Source: Camelus ferus (Eukaryota). From it: a stretch of 64,000 nucleotides of DNA. Below are positions 37,864 through 51,918 of the stretch, piece by piece; positions within the stretch are counted from its first letter, which is position 1, and each line of letters begins with the position of its first letter. The notes beneath the pieces were generated by a model. It made no database searches. It had not been told where the DNA came from and was given only the letters and a program-made list of their open reading frames with translations. The DNA lies in contig NC_045696.1 in the NCBI RefSeq assembly GCF_009834535.1, positions 47,556,001 through 47,620,000 of the forward strand. Direction: 5' to 3'. Both the position numbers and the translations under genes were made by a program.

Positions 37864-39479
37864 CTGGGAATGTTTTTAAAGCAGTTTTAGTATATTTTAA
37901 AAATATTACTTTCCCCACTAATATCATAAAGCCATTTCATAGCCCAGTTCTGGACACAGGTACCAAAGGTCAACTCTATATGTATGTACTAGGGGTGGTC
38001 TAAATTTACTACCGGTGGTCTGAATTTAAGACATGTTGATCCCTTAAAGAACCAACGATCTGATGGGAGAGGAAGAGATGGGGAAGGATGTACAATACAG
38101 TCCAGTAACTGTGATGTAAGGAGGCACACCAAGGTCAGCTCGGAGACCCTTGCTTTGAGATGAAGAAGAAACCTGGTAATGGTTGGATTTATTCTCCCCA
38201 GTGCTACCAGGTTATTCAAGGCACAAAGGGGACAGGTGCCTGTGACCACTCTCCACAGCACCAGGGATTCATGGGCAGTGACAGGACAGCCAGCCACTTG
38301 GGGCTTTCTTGGCAGATGATGTTATTTATAACTCAAGTCTGCAGCGTCTGAAAAGCACAGAAACTCCAGTAAGAGGAATTCCTATTCTGCCACTCTCTTT
38401 GGGTTCCTTATTCTGATGTAAAGAGTACACTTAGATACTAGCTCATATGACCTTTGCTAATTCAAGAGCCTTGATTATTTTCCAAGAGCTCATGTGGTGC
38501 CTGAGGCACTCACGGAGTAGAGAGAAGTCATGGAGAGGCCAAATGCTTCAATTTCAAAATGACATTAATTGCTTGTATCAACATTTTGAGAAAGCCAGGG
38601 GGTATTCTGAAAAAAGAGACACAGGGCAAATCCTGTTTTGGTAAACATCTGAACATTTCTGCAATAAGGAGAGTTCTGTGATCTAATACAGTGGGTTTCC
38701 AGGAAACTTGTAAGGTAGCCTCGTTTGTCTTCCGGGTCTGCCTTCCCTCTCCCCTCCTCCACTACAGTCACTAAAACGTTTGGGCCTCCCCAGCACTGTC
38801 CACATCACATCCTTTAAGCGCTTGTTGACCTCACAAATTTCTCCTTTTTCTATAAAATCCTTTAAACAAACAAAACCCCTTAAATATACTGAATTCTGTT
38901 AATAGACATACACCACTTCCTAAATTCAAGGCACTGAATTTTATTATAGGTGATGCAAAAATGTGTAAGTTTCAGTCTCTGTCCTCAAGAAGTCTTCTAG
39001 TCTACAGAATGAGACAATACAAGTATGCAAATATTACATCTTATAGAAGAAAATGTGTTGTGCCCAAGTAAGGCACAGATATTTTCAGAGTGGAAAGGAG
39101 GGTGTAGATTCTCCACTAAATTAAAGAGCATTAAAGTCATGACTTAAGATTCTTAACTTGGATTGACGTCAGTAACTCACCTCCAACTACTTACACTTTT
39201 CATGTGCTATTAACTGAGAGGAGTCTTTGGGAACAGAGACCCCCTACTCCACAGTGGCAAATACTGGCCATATATGTGTGCATTCACACACACACACAAA
39301 CACACATCATGTGTCCTATTAAAGGTGTGATTTAATCGTGAAATCTGTAGATTGTCATGTAAAGAAATGTTAGGTTTTTTAGAGACTTAAACTGGCTGGG
39401 CGTTTGTGTGAGGGATGAGGAATTAGACTGTGAAATTCCTGACCTGGCTCTGCCTCGTCTTGCCTTCTGTCCTGAGTTC

Positions 39480-39880
39480 TAGGCCTCACTCTCCCAGGTA
39501 AACACCAGGCTCATTCCTCCATAGGCCCTTTGCCCTTGCTGCTTTCTCTGTTCAGTAAATTCAGCCCCAGGTCTACGCAAGGCTCACCCTTGGCCTCAAT
39601 CTGTGTTAAAACATGGCTCAGATAGTCCTTGCTCTCTGTATCTGAAAGAGGCCCCCCCCCGTGCCCCAAGACACAATCACTGTCTATCTCCTGGCCCTGC
39701 ACAATTACTTTATGCACAATTACGTTATGTGTTTTTTAATCTGCGTTTAGTATCATTATGTGACACTACCTTATGGTTTATTTAAGTATCTGTTATCTGT
39801 CTTTCCCTCTGGAAGGTAAATTCTACGTTTAAAAGTCTCTTTTGTTCACTTCTGTATTTCTAATGCCTTCCACAAAGCAC
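39480..39880. mobile_element. L2 fragment
   Basis: ggccctttgcccttgctg...ttgttcacttctgtatttctaatgcc. Confidence 0.6.
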
Positions 39881-40419
39881 TGAACGGTGGAGAATCAGGA
39901 CAGGAGATGTGCGGCAGTCACAGCAAGGGGATTTTAAACGCGTGGCTGATCCTGCCTTGAATTCCAGGCTCTGTTCCGAGACCTTGGAGGAGAGTCCGTT
40001 TCTGAACATCCTCAATTCAACCAAGAAGAAGCTGATGGCCTATAACTAAGGCAACAACCACCTCCTCCAGGAAGCTTCCTAGATGCTTCCCGTGGAGGCT
40101 TCGGTCAAACCCAAGAAGTGAGATCTCCCACGGCCTGAAGGTGGAGGAGGGAACCAAATTCAACAGCTGGGAGAATGAGGACAGAGTCACAGACAGTTCA
40201 AATGTCACCAATCTTAAAGTTCTTAGTTTTCAGAACTTGAGAATTTTGCAACTTTCGCCATCCTGAACAATAGCCAGGGAACATTTTTTTAATAAAAAGC
40301 AACAAAATAAATAAAATTAAAAAGAAACATAAAATATGAAAAGCATTATTTAGAAGAACAACAGTATTGCTCATCAGTAACAAAAAGAAACACACTATTG
40401 AAGGGCATTACGTGGGGCA

Positions 40420-40800
40420 AATAAAGCCAATAGGAAAGCGACGCCTACTGTACAGTCCCATCACATTCCTCAGATGACAGAATTATGGAGATGGAGGACA
40501 GATGGGTGGCCGCCCGGGGTGAGGGCTGTTTGTGCGTCGTGGGGTGTGACTATACAGGGATAGCACAGGGGTATCTTTGTGGTAATGGGAGTTTGCATCC
40601 TGATTGTGGTGGTGGTGGTTATACAAGCTACACATATGATAAAATGAGACACACATTTGACCAATTTCCTGGTTTTTACACCTTACTGTAATTATATAAT
40701 TATGTAAAATGTAAGCACTGGGGAACATTAGGTGAAGGGTACCTGGGACCTCTCTATGATTTTGTAATTTGCTGTGTATCTATAATCATGTTTTTTGAAG
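40420..40800 (+). mobile_element. L1MC/MD-type 3'UTR fragment
   Basis: cctgattgtggtggtggttatacaagctacacatatgataaaat...ggtgaagggtacctgggacctctct. Confidence 0.75.
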
Positions 40801-42002
40801 TTCAAAAGGCAGCACTGTTACCACAGCACGACAGTAAGAATGTTTATATAGCACACTACATTCAAAGTCGTCTCAGCCTCTCTTGTAACCAGTAAACTAT
40901 GTTCCCTTCAAACACTACCAGCCAGTTTAGCCAGCTTCCTAATTTAAGCTTCTGTCTTTTGTAGGCTAAAAACTCCAGGAGGTTTCTATAAAAGGTATCA
41001 ATTTTGACAACTTTTAAAGCTTAATGTAAAAGGACTTCTAGTTGTTTTTAACATTTTAATTATGGTGCGTAGAGAGCTGTAATGTGATGAGAGGCTAGTT
41101 CTGCTGGTTAAACCTACTCTTGTGGAGGTATTTGTGACAGATCAAAAATGGAATTCTTCCAAACCCCATTATTTCAGAATGGAATTAGGAGTTGAAAGAA
41201 AGAATATTCGACTGAGATTTTAATTTTCTGCCTTGAATTTAAAACATCACAGCTCTAGCAGCTCTGAAGCTCCAGAATCCCACCAAGTTTGCACAAAACA
41301 AGGCAGGCCCACAAGATCTGTCTAGAGGTTTTATACCCTACTCAGGAGAATATGCATGTGTGGATGTGAGCGGGCTCTACAGCAGAAACAATCAACTCTG
41401 ACTCAGTGCACGATGGTTCAGGGGCAGGTGTGTTCAAGGGCACTTACTGACGCTTCTGTCGAGCTAGATAAGGGAAAACTGTGAATTTCAAGGATTCTAT
41501 AATCTAGTTGAAGAGAAAATAAAATACAAGAGACTACTCCAGTACAAAGCCGAAAATTTAATTAATGCTAAAATAGAGTCTGAAGGTTCTCTCAGAACAC
41601 CAAAATTAACATGGAGAGACTGAAGTAGGCGTGATGGAGAAGACAGCACTGAGCAGGCTCTACGAAGGGTGGGCAGGATTTCAAGAGGCCATCTGTGGAC
41701 TGGAAAAGTGGAGAAGAGTATTCTAGGGGACAGCATAGGAAAAGGCCCAGAAGCAGGCCAGGCTAGTAGGCTGGAGCAACTCCATTTTGGATGGAGCAGA
41801 TGGCTGGTAAGAGGAAAGTTTAAAAGATGGTGGTTCAGGTTGGGTTGCACAGGACCACCAATGCCGTCAGGAATCACCTGCTACCCTTAGTAGTTGTTAA
41901 AACCACTAGTGTGGTCAAAGTGAGGTGACCAAAGAAGTCTGTAATTTCCCAAAGGTCCTCCTACACTTTGATGTGGCTCTGTTTATTAAAAGTACACATT
42001 TT

Positions 42003-42086
42003 GGTTGGGGGTCAAATCAGTGGTAGAGTGCATGCTTAGCATTCACAAGGTCCTGGGTTCACTGGTACCTCCATTTTAAAAAAAAA
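42003..42086 (+). mobile_element. Short tRNA-Ala-derived SINE (Vic-1-like)
   Basis: tcagtggtagagtgcatgcttagcat...gtcctgggttc plus an A tail; TSD aaaagtacacatttt (41988-42002) / aaaagtacacacttt (42083-42097). Confidence 0.85.
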
Positions 42087-42889
42087 GTACACACTTTAAA
42101 GCAAGGTGCATAGAGTTGTCCTCTACATGGATTGCAACGAATGATTTAATAGTTCTCATAACCATCCACTTAAAGCTACCAATCATTAATAAAGTCCTTA
42201 AGACCAGGCAATTTCATGTGAGGGAAATCATGACTCCAGTTGTTCTGCATTTTGCTTGCAACATCTCAGTTTCAACAGGAACTCATGGCCTCCTGTCTGT
42301 TTATCTTGCTTTGATTGTCTGAACTTGCCCTGAACATTAAAAGGATTCTACTCATCATCTATGCTAACACCCTGAATAAACACTGAATTATTCAGCCTGG
42401 CCTCCAAGACCCCACAACTTGGCTCCATTACTGAGTGTTGACGCTGAAAAAACAACATTTAGAAACAGACGTGAAGGGCATAGACAAGCAAGGACACACT
42501 GAGATGTATGACAAACTAATTCTTAGCAAATTTCTAAGCTTTGTAGTGAAGATATTTAACTCAGAGTTCCCTGACCAGTAGTCAAAGATCTGTGGGAAGA
42601 TTCAGGAGCCTTACTGGTAATTTGTCAAACCGGCTGCTACAGACTTAAGAGTTGGGACAATTCCTGGTGGGACATTAAACAACCTGCCTACCACATGACC
42701 TCCCCACATCATATTTTATTGTTGTCATCTCCCCATATACATTGTATCATGTAATGTCAAGGTCTCTGGAAAGCAAACAGTAATTCTTTTATACCAATAG
42801 GCTGAGAAGCTGTAGTATACCCATTGCAAGTAATACATGCAAACACTACCCCATGGATGAAGTGTTACCATCTGGATAAGAATGAGATG

Positions 42890-43130
42890 GAGGAAAGCAG
42901 CACAGTGAAAAGAGCTGTGCACTGGGACAAACCTGGGTTCCAGTCCTGAATGTGCTACTTACTTGCATCATGGCATTGGAAGATTATCTCTCTGACTCTC
43001 CATTACCTCATTACTGACATGGAAGTAGTGGCATCCACTCCCAAAGTTGTTATGAGAGTTAAATAAGGTAACATATAGAAAAGGCCTTGTTCGGTGCCTA
43101 TCTCTAGTGGCTCTCAATCAATCATAGTTT
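42890..43130 (+). mobile_element. MIR SINE
   Basis: acctgggttccagtcctg...gttgttatgagagttaaataag. Confidence 0.7.
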
Positions 43131-44689
43131 TACATTCGTTGATGAAAATAGTATTAGTGCTAGAATAGAGTCAAAAATATGTTGGGAAAAGCTCTTTTAT
43201 TCTAACTAGGAAATGTTGACAAGTTAGTCTACAAGCTGAATATGTTCAATTACTACTTTCTCCAGAAAACATTATTCAGAAAATAAATTCACTTTCAGTT
43301 GAAAAATGATTAGAAACTAAGAACAAGAACTACCATATTCCTTCCTTCCCAGTTGCTTATCGCAGGCCAGTAGGCACTCATGCAGAAACATCTGAGGCAA
43401 ACCTATCAGCAGGGGATTACATTTAGGCACACCCTAAAATACTTTGTGATACAGCCTTTCTAAGAAGAGATCTAGTTTAGGTTCTAATTTTCAAATTTGC
43501 CTTGTTATATGCTTTTAAGAACTTACTTCACAATTCTATTTCATTTATAAAACATAAGTATTCAAATATACCCCATTCCCTGCAAAAGAGATGAGGCAGT
43601 GCCTTTGGTTATAGTTGTACTTTGCACAACTCCAGGGGGCATCATTCACCTCCCAGACTTTACAGATCTGCATGTTATTATGATAGCCTTCCAGAAGATG
43701 GCTGTAAGCAGAAGCACTTGGGAAAAGACGCTAGTATATATGCTAGTGATGGAGCTGGGGCACCTGTTTGAGCAAACCCAGGTAAAGTCTCAGTGTGAGC
43801 CTAACATCTCCATTTTGATCCTGGTGCCATGAACATTTCTAGACTGTTGTGGCTTCAGTGATGTACCTGGGGACCTCAGTGGCTGTACCGGCTCTAACAT
43901 CAACCCCCTATGTTAGCTTGGCCAAGTTCACATCTTGGAGTCTCAATTCCCTTGAGTGTGAATTAAGGAAGCTGGAGGCATATGATTTTTTGAGATATTT
44001 CTCTAGTAGAACTGCAGTACTCTATGGACTCTTTCCTCCCCCAAAGGAAATCTTTAGGAACTACTAGACACACAGTATTGTAAGAAAACTATATACATAC
44101 ATATACAAAAAAAAATCTATCCAGAGAGAGAAAGGTGGTAATGAAATACACCAAAAAAAAAAAAAAAAAGCCCAACAAACCTGTGATCTTGGAATGCTAT
44201 GGGACCACGGATGAATTTCTTAAAATTTCTTTCACTTTCTTTCATTAGCACTAATTACTTTCAGGGCTACTTTTGTAATAGAAAAATCATAAACTTAAAA
44301 AACTGTTGATAGAATACAAAAAAACCCAGAGAGATATCAAACTGTCCAAAATAAAGACTTTAATCTACAAGTGATTTCTGGTGTAGTACGCTGTCTTGAG
44401 GATTCAGTGAATCTATTTCTTAAAGTCTCAGAATGTCATGTTTCTTGTTCAAAACACAGTCCTACTCCAAGTGTTTCATAAGCTTTATGCTGTGGAAACA
44501 TTTGCATCTTTAAAATTCAAAAAAGATGTTGCTTTGTGACATCTGATATGCTACACATTAATCTAAGTCTTGATAAGTGAATGCAAATTTGATTTCCTTC
44601 CAAACGTAACATTTGGAAATGCATATTATTTCTCCTTTGGAATGTAGGATCGTTTAGAATATAAATGACTACGTTGAAAGGAAGCTTAC

Positions 44690-44743
44690 CTGGTCGAAAC
44701 ACATTTTCAGCTTTTTGTTTGTCTGCTCTGGGCACTGCTCCAG
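44690..44743 (-). CDS. MORC1: MORC1 coding exon, 54 nt, LEQCPEQTNKKLKMCFDQ
   Basis: acag acceptor, gtaagc donor, phase 0/0; near-identical to human LEQCPEQMNKKLKMCFNQ (recalled). Confidence 0.92.
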
Positions 44744-45334
44744 CTGTTTTTATAAATGATAACAGAACAGGATATTAACTTCTAGGGAACGAGCTGTCTA
44801 CAGCAGAGTTATAACATGCAACTATCTAGTATACAAAAGCTTTGCCTACAACTAGCCAACATTGGTACTGTGGGTCTTTTAAGCCTGGATCTAATTAAAT
44901 TAATTACCTACAGTACACCTCACCTCATTCCAAAACAAAAGATTAAAGCAGCTTACCTAATACAACATGGTTTATAAAAATTACAGAAGAAAGAGAAAAT
45001 CAAGGTGAAGGAAAAGTAAATGATAAATAATAAACATTCAAAAAGACACCAAGAAAGCAGTTGGGAGTCTGGATTTCTTGGATGGGAGCATCACAGAAAT
45101 AAACTGGGGAGTCACTGGCATGTGGGACAGTATTTAAAGTCAGAGACTAGTTGAGATCGCCTAGAAACAACATCTAACAGAGAGAAGAAAGTGGTTCAGG
45201 AATGAGCCCACAGACATGCCAACATTCAGAAATCAAATAGAGGAATTGCCAGCAAAAGGAATGGGAGGGAGGGAGGGAAGCAAGAAAATGATAAGCATGT
45301 TGTCATGGAAGCTACACAAAGACAGTGCTTCGCA

Positions 45335-45424
45335 GGGGGTGGGGTGTGGCTCAGGGGTAGAGCGCATGCTTAGCATGCATGAGGTTCTGGGTTTAATCCC
45401 CAGCACCTCCATTAAAAAAAAAAA
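45335..45424 (+). mobile_element. tRNA-Ala-derived SINE (Vic-1-like) inside an L2 fragment (about 45030-45620)
   Basis: gtgtggctcaggggtagagcgcatgcttagcatgcatgaggttctgggtttaatccccagcacctcca plus an A tail. Confidence 0.85.
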
Positions 45425-46410
45425 GTGCCTCAAGAAAGAAAAAGTGGTCAATTGGGCTGAAGGCCTCTTGAGGTTGGATAAGATAAGTGACTGCTGCATT
45501 TGTCAGTATCGTGGTCACTGGTGGTCTGACAAGACAGGCTCAGTGAGGCAGTGGAGTCAGAGCCCAGTGGGAGAGAATGAGGTGAGAGTAGTTGGTGAAG
45601 AGGCAGAAACAATGATTGTAGGTTATTAAGGACTTCATCCAGGCATATGATTAAGTAAGATTAAGGCATATGGTCCCTCTGTCCAATTAATCCCTTGGTG
45701 CTCTTTTCATGTGTATCCATCCTTCCCATAAGCTACACTGAGCATGAGATGGAGAAGGAGCCCCAGCCTCCTGTGCCCTGCGGGCTGTTCTCCAGCCCCG
45801 TGAGCAGCTCTGGCAGCCCCAAGCCTGCACACCTCGCTCAGCGTCACCCCAGCCCGCCATGACTTAGTAGCCCGGGGACTGCCCACTGAGAGCCAGTGCC
45901 ACGCTCACCCTGCACGCCCCAGGCAGCTGCTATCAGAGTCTTCCTTCCAACCGTATGTGGTACTGCCCTCGAGAGGAGATCTGGTAAATACAATTTTCTT
46001 CATCTCTCCCTGTGATGTCTTCATGATTCTAACAAGACTCTGGGTACCTAACGTGGCTGACCCAGTCTTCACCTCAGCTCCTCATGAAAGGTGGCTGAGG
46101 AAGGGTATGTAAGGGATAGAGACTATTTTTGCTGCAAGGAGAAAAGTCAGGGACTATTTCCTGTTTCTTTTCATCTCTGCAACCAACTCCTCAGTCTGTA
46201 CAATCTTCCCAGGGTTTATTTAAACCTTGGCCATGCTGGTTTTCTGTGCAGCTTTAATTCCGAGTCATCCACTTAGTATAAACGTCCCCATGGTCATTCG
46301 CTGAAGCCATGCTAGGTCCTCTCACTGGTAACACTTTACGTTTTTCTTCACTGAAGATTAAATTCAGGCTATTTGGTCAGTCCCTTAAAGTTCAAAAAAA
46401 GCCAGCTTAC

Positions 46411-46498
46411 CTCAGAGCTCGCTGTAAGTTCCTCTAGAGATCTGTGTCCAAATTCTGATGGTAGCTGATACTCAGGAAAGAAATACAGAAGAATCTCC
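46411..46498 (-). CDS. MORC1: MORC1 coding exon, 88 nt, (R)EILLYFFPEYQLPSEFGHRSLEELTASSE
   Basis: ttatattcctag acceptor and gtaagc donor; phase 2 in, phase 0 out; REILLYFFPE motif. Confidence 0.92.
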
Positions 46499-46669
46499 CT
46501 AGGAATATAAGCACAGCAGAGATGGGGATACAGCAGGAAAAGAGACGCAGCCCTCGCCGGTCAGAACTGACCCTGCCTCCTGGGTTCTGTTAAACATCTT
46601 GGCAAAGATAAACATTCATGCCTGCCGAATAGTTTGTTTTTATCTCTGGCATCAGAGTGTTCTTCAAAA

Positions 46670-46832
46670 GGCACTGACTGGGGAGAGGGAGGCGACTCTG
46701 GCTACAAAAGGGCAACAGGAGGAATCCCTGTGGTGATGGAGATGTTCTGTATCTTGACTGTGTCATATTGTCCTATAGTTTTGCAAGATGGTACCATTGG
46801 GAGAACTCGGGTAAAGGGTACAAGGGATCTCT
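46670..46832 (+). mobile_element. L1MC-type 3' end fragment
   Basis: gtggtgatggagatgttctgtatcttgactgt...gggtaaagggtacaagggatctctc...tttcttacaacagcatgtgaatcta. Confidence 0.8.
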
Positions 46833-49800
46833 CCGTATTATTTCTTACAACAGCATGTGAATCTACACTTACCTTAAAATAAAAATTTTGTTAAAGCAAG
46901 CAAGCAAGCATGTGCTCACAATGCCCACCCATAACCAAGCGGTCCAGGAAAGTCTGCGCCTACCTCAGTGTTCTCATTGGCAGAGGACGGACTAGCATTG
47001 CAAAATTTCTGGAAGAAAAGAGGCTGACTACAGGCTTACTTTCTTTTCCCTAAGAAAACCAGAGAACTTAACTCTCAGAGTAATTCTTTCATCAGGACCT
47101 CCGGAACTAGTCCTAGAAATCATACATTGTCACTGCTCTTTCCAAACAGCGATGGTCATTGTTCTGACAGGTGCTTGGTTGTGTCAAAAGGCAGTAGCAC
47201 CCTACCCTGCCAGTGTGGTGGCTTTTCTAGGATTAATCACCTAAATGACACTTATTTCATTCCTGGGAGAATATGACAGCTAGCAATTTACAGCTACCAC
47301 ATCATAAAAGTGTACAGAGCATTTTCATGGTGAAGTGCTCCAAGAACTTCACGTTCCAAGGGAAGCACAGTTTTTCAGTTGTAAAATAACATGGCACAAA
47401 AACAATAAAACAGCTATTTCTTATATAATTTACATTCCTAGCATTTTAAGTATATTATTTGTGGCAATATTCATTTGTAATTTTAAGGAGATTCAATCCG
47501 AAAAGTTAAACATCTTCAGCACTTCTGCAACATTAAACGTAACACACACACACAAACATACTCCTCAGAATTATTTGCCTGGCTAGTAAGATGCGTGGGG
47601 AGGGGGCAGGGTGAAAAGGGGCTTCCAGGTATTTGAGATGAGCAGAAATCAGATGGCACAGAAAGTAACCCTTCAACTGGGAAAGGGGGCCTGTGGTCAA
47701 GTTTAAGGCGGGTTTGGTGGGGCAGGAGTGGTGAGAGGTTATTTATACAAACCATCCCTCTCTCTCCCTAAATCCAGCCTCCCTTCCTTCAATACAGGAC
47801 TGAAACCTCATCTGAGTACTGGTCCCTTTCATGCTGGGTCTACATTCTTTTGGGTTTAGATTTAGAGCTAATCAGCAACCTTCCAAGAAGATATTTCTAG
47901 AAAAAAAAAATATTCAGAGGGGATATTTGGTGGGGTGTGGGAGAGCATGGAGGAGCAGGATGGGGAGAGACAAAGTCCTGAATCTGTTCTGGATTATTCT
48001 CAGTCTGTGAAATCTCTACATCAAAATCTGCACCACCACCACAGTAGTCTGCATAATATCTTACATGTAGGTACTATTATTTCTAAAGATAAATTGACGA
48101 AGAGATGAGTAGAGACAGAGATGGAAAGAGAGGAAGGCAGAAAGAGAGAGATTATTTTAAAGTAAAGCACTATGTAAAGGTTTTAATGGAACCACAGTAG
48201 CTTTTGTCATGTTGCATTTTCTCAATACACCCAAGCTCATGAATTCCACAGACATTCCCTGAACCACTACAAAAACTCAGCCTTTATCTGGCACCTTACA
48301 GAGCCTGGCATCGTGCCCCCATGCCAGGAACCCAGTGCATTCTTATTACGCTGAATACAGCCTAGCAGGGAATGCAGACAAGGAAGCAAACTACTCCAAT
48401 ACAGCGTGAGAGAAGCCAGAATGAGAATGCCGTGCCATGGGCACCGAGAGGAGAAGAGGGGCCCTAATCCATACTTGGGGGGCCCCAAAGGAAGAGTAGG
48501 AGTTAGCGAGCTGTGTGGGACAGGGGCCACAGCATGTGATGAAAGCATTCCAGGCCAACTGCTCTATACTTTGGGGAACTGAGTATTTTCTGGTGGGATT
48601 AAGCCACCTGGTCAGGTGCTAGAAATGTGCTAAGTGCTGCTGCAGACTTTATATACAAAACTTCATGTAATCATTAAGGAAGCTCTTTGGTTGAGGAGTT
48701 ATTCCTATTTGGAACCTCTCTGGTTTCCTAGTTATTAAGAACCCTCACCCAACCCCCATGGGTACTCTCTTTCTGTGTCCCTCTCCCTCCAGGACCCTTG
48801 TATCTAGCTTTTTAGTCTCTCCTCCACATGACTCTTGCTAAACAGCTCTTCCCTTGGGGATTCTGTCCCACAGGACTGACTAGAGAAAAAGACAAATTAT
48901 CTAGCTCCTGCGGTTTCCAAGCACAACACACAGACCTTTATCTTTTTCTGAAAAATTAATTCAGGAAAACTATCAAATAATATTAAAAAAAAACCCATAA
49001 GATACCCCAAATCATAAATGTAGGGTCTGAATGCAGATGTTTAAAAACCCTTTAAAAATTCCTTCTTTTATAGTCTTGAGTCCCCTCAATGATATTCTTC
49101 AATGCTACTTTTTGTTCCCGAGGGTGTATCTTACCACTTCTCTCCACTCTCAAACTTCAGGTTTCCTTTAAGACAGAAAACAGTGATCCTCTAATCCACA
49201 AAAGGTCCTTCAAGGAGTTGTGCCAGGAGGTGCCCATTGCAAAACTACAGGAATAAACTGGTGTCTGCTCTCCTGTATCCAAGTGCACGCTGTGCATTCT
49301 GGGGGACTCGTGCACCAAATGCTACCATTTCAAAGGGAGTCTTCTTCCACCAGGAACACCTCTTCTTCCCTTAGAGGATTTACTCACAGTCCTACCCCCC
49401 AATCTGAAAATAAAATCAGGAATTTGTCTTTTTAAATATTATCTCTCTTCTTGGGAATTCAGAAATAAGTATCCTAAAGATCTTCCAGAGATCCTGTTTG
49501 CATCCAGGACTGTAATAGGGTTTGGCTACGATGCCCCAGTTCAGTTGAATTCCTATAGAAACCATACCCATATCTGCAAGTTTGAGTTGGAAATTTTTAC
49601 AGAGTTCAACTAGCTGAGCCACAACACTAAATCAGCTCTGTCTCTATACCTGACGGCCAAGCTCTGCAAAGCTCTGCCAAGCTCCAGCTAAGGGCCATTT
49701 CCTTTTCAGTCCATGGTCATATCCCCTTCTCAACTAAGTAATTTTTCCTTAAGTAAAATCTCTTACTTGCATTAACACAACTCTGCTCTTTCTAGACATG

Positions 49801-50249
49801 AGCAGAGACACACAGAGGTACCTGGTCATCCTGCTGTTCTTTTTAAAGAGTAACCTAGTTAGTAAGTTTAGTCTTGGTTAAGGAGAAGAGCAAGCCTCCT
49901 ACTCAAGGTAGATCTAAACTCTCTTCTTCAACCCAGTTATAGGCTAAAATGAAATGTAAATGGCATGGCTCCACTTTCTAAAACCAGGAATCAGGTCCTG
50001 GTTTTTGATAGACTTCAACAGCTAGTTTTTTGTTGTTGTTTTTTTTTAATTTAAATTTTGTGGTCTTTTCTTTTGCTTCAGTAACTGGCAGCGACCTGTA
50101 AAAAGTGACTTTCTTTTTAAAACTTATTTTTGGTATTTTTAAAACTTAAGATAATATAAAACATGTTTGTGCTCTTGTAGAGATGAAATAAACGAATCTG
50201 CTTTATTATCAAGTATATATATACAATGATAAATTAAAACAATGCATTA

Positions 50250-50490
50250 TAGGTTAGCATTTATGAATAAGGACTATTAGACCAGACTGCCAAGATTCAA
50301 ATCCCAGCTCTACCACTTAAGAGTTATGTAATGTGGGCAAATTACTTAACCTCTGCATACCTCAATTTTCTCATCTGTAAAATGGGGATAAGAAAAGTAT
50401 CTATTTATAGAGCTGTTGTAAGGTTTGAGTAAGTTAACACACACAGAGCCCTTAGAACAGCATCTGGCACACAGTAATTACATCATCATC
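50250..50490 (+). mobile_element. MIR SINE
   Basis: ttcaaatcccagctctaccact...gggcaaattacttaacctctg...ctcatctgtaaaatgggg. Confidence 0.85.
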
Positions 50491-51760
50491 ATCATCATCA
50501 TAATTGTTGAAAGTGATTTGAGATTTGATACTACTTCAATATTTAAGGACCATTTGATAAAATTTAACAGTCTGGATTTCAGTTTAGCTTATTTACCTCT
50601 GATTTACTAACACAACTCAGTTGTACCCTATTATTTGAAAATACTTTAATATCCAGCAATACTATTCACTGTCTTTTACACTAATCCCTTTCAATTTAAT
50701 TAAAAGTATTCTTTCAAAATCTACTAATACACATTAGACACAATGTGGAAAATTCTGTTTCAAAGAAGTTACTATATTTGGGGATTAAATAAATTAATAA
50801 TATAAAACAAAAAATAATGCAAGATAGGAAAATGCTAAACTGAGCATAATCAGGTGATAAAAATAGGCAGTGAGAACTACTGTTTTTTTATTAATTAATT
50901 TTGCTAACATGGACCCAATAGAAGACGCCTATTTGGCAGTGTTAGAAGGGGTAAGGGCAATGTCATGTCCACAGTGAACCAAGTAGAGGGAACACTCCAC
51001 ACATGCAGAAGGGCCCAACTGCTCTCTTATCTTGTGATAAGCAAGGCAAAGCTGGTGAATAATCGTGAGTGCAAAGAAAACAGGGCCCTCCATACTGTAC
51101 ACAGCCAGACGCAATCTTCATGCCTTGAGGAATTTAAGTCTAGTTAACACAAGGAATAATACGTGGACCAGACAACAGAATAGTGCAGTTCAGGGAAAGG
51201 AATATAACAAAGAAGACAAGAAATCTGTTTTCACTGGTGAAATGCGAGAAAACACAGTACATGCTGCTAAAAGCAAAGAGAAAACTGGTAGAGGAGGAGC
51301 TCATTTTGTTCCAGTTGACGCCTTGGGCTGTGCACAGTTTTTTTTCCCATTGAATTTTTTTATCAAACAATCACCACAAAAAAATTCAAGCTGGCTCAGA
51401 CAGGAGCTTATTTATTAATTCATTTGGCTTTCGGAGTGTTAGCTGATAATACCATGATGATTTCAATTACTAAAGATTCTACACGTTCATTAGGGAGATG
51501 GTTTCCGGGAAATTTTCATTTTCTATTGGTGCCTAATTATAGAAGTAGATGCACTTCAAAGTCTCAGCAAACTCAATCAGATTATCTCCTTTTTGATCAC
51601 GTGCAACTCGTTAAAATTAATACTCATGATACACTTAGACGCAGAACAAAAATTAACCAAGTAAAAACTAAAGAAAATGATGATGTGCGGTAGGACATCC
51701 AAACTCTGCTGCAACACAACCAGGCAAGTCTCTCCAGGTCTCACAGTGCAGAGAGCAGCA

Positions 51761-51762
<2 letters not shown>

Positions 51763-51805
<43 letters not shown>

Positions 51806-51860
51806 TGTGCATTACAAAATGTGTGTGTGTATACATGTGTACATATGTGTGTGTGTACAC

Positions 51861-51911
<51 letters not shown>

Positions 51912-51918
51912 TACACAC
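51763..51918. repeat. Compound inverted microsatellite, (TG)n ... (CA)n
   Basis: About 20 TG units, a mixed TG/TA/CA centre, then a long CA tract. Confidence 0.95.
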
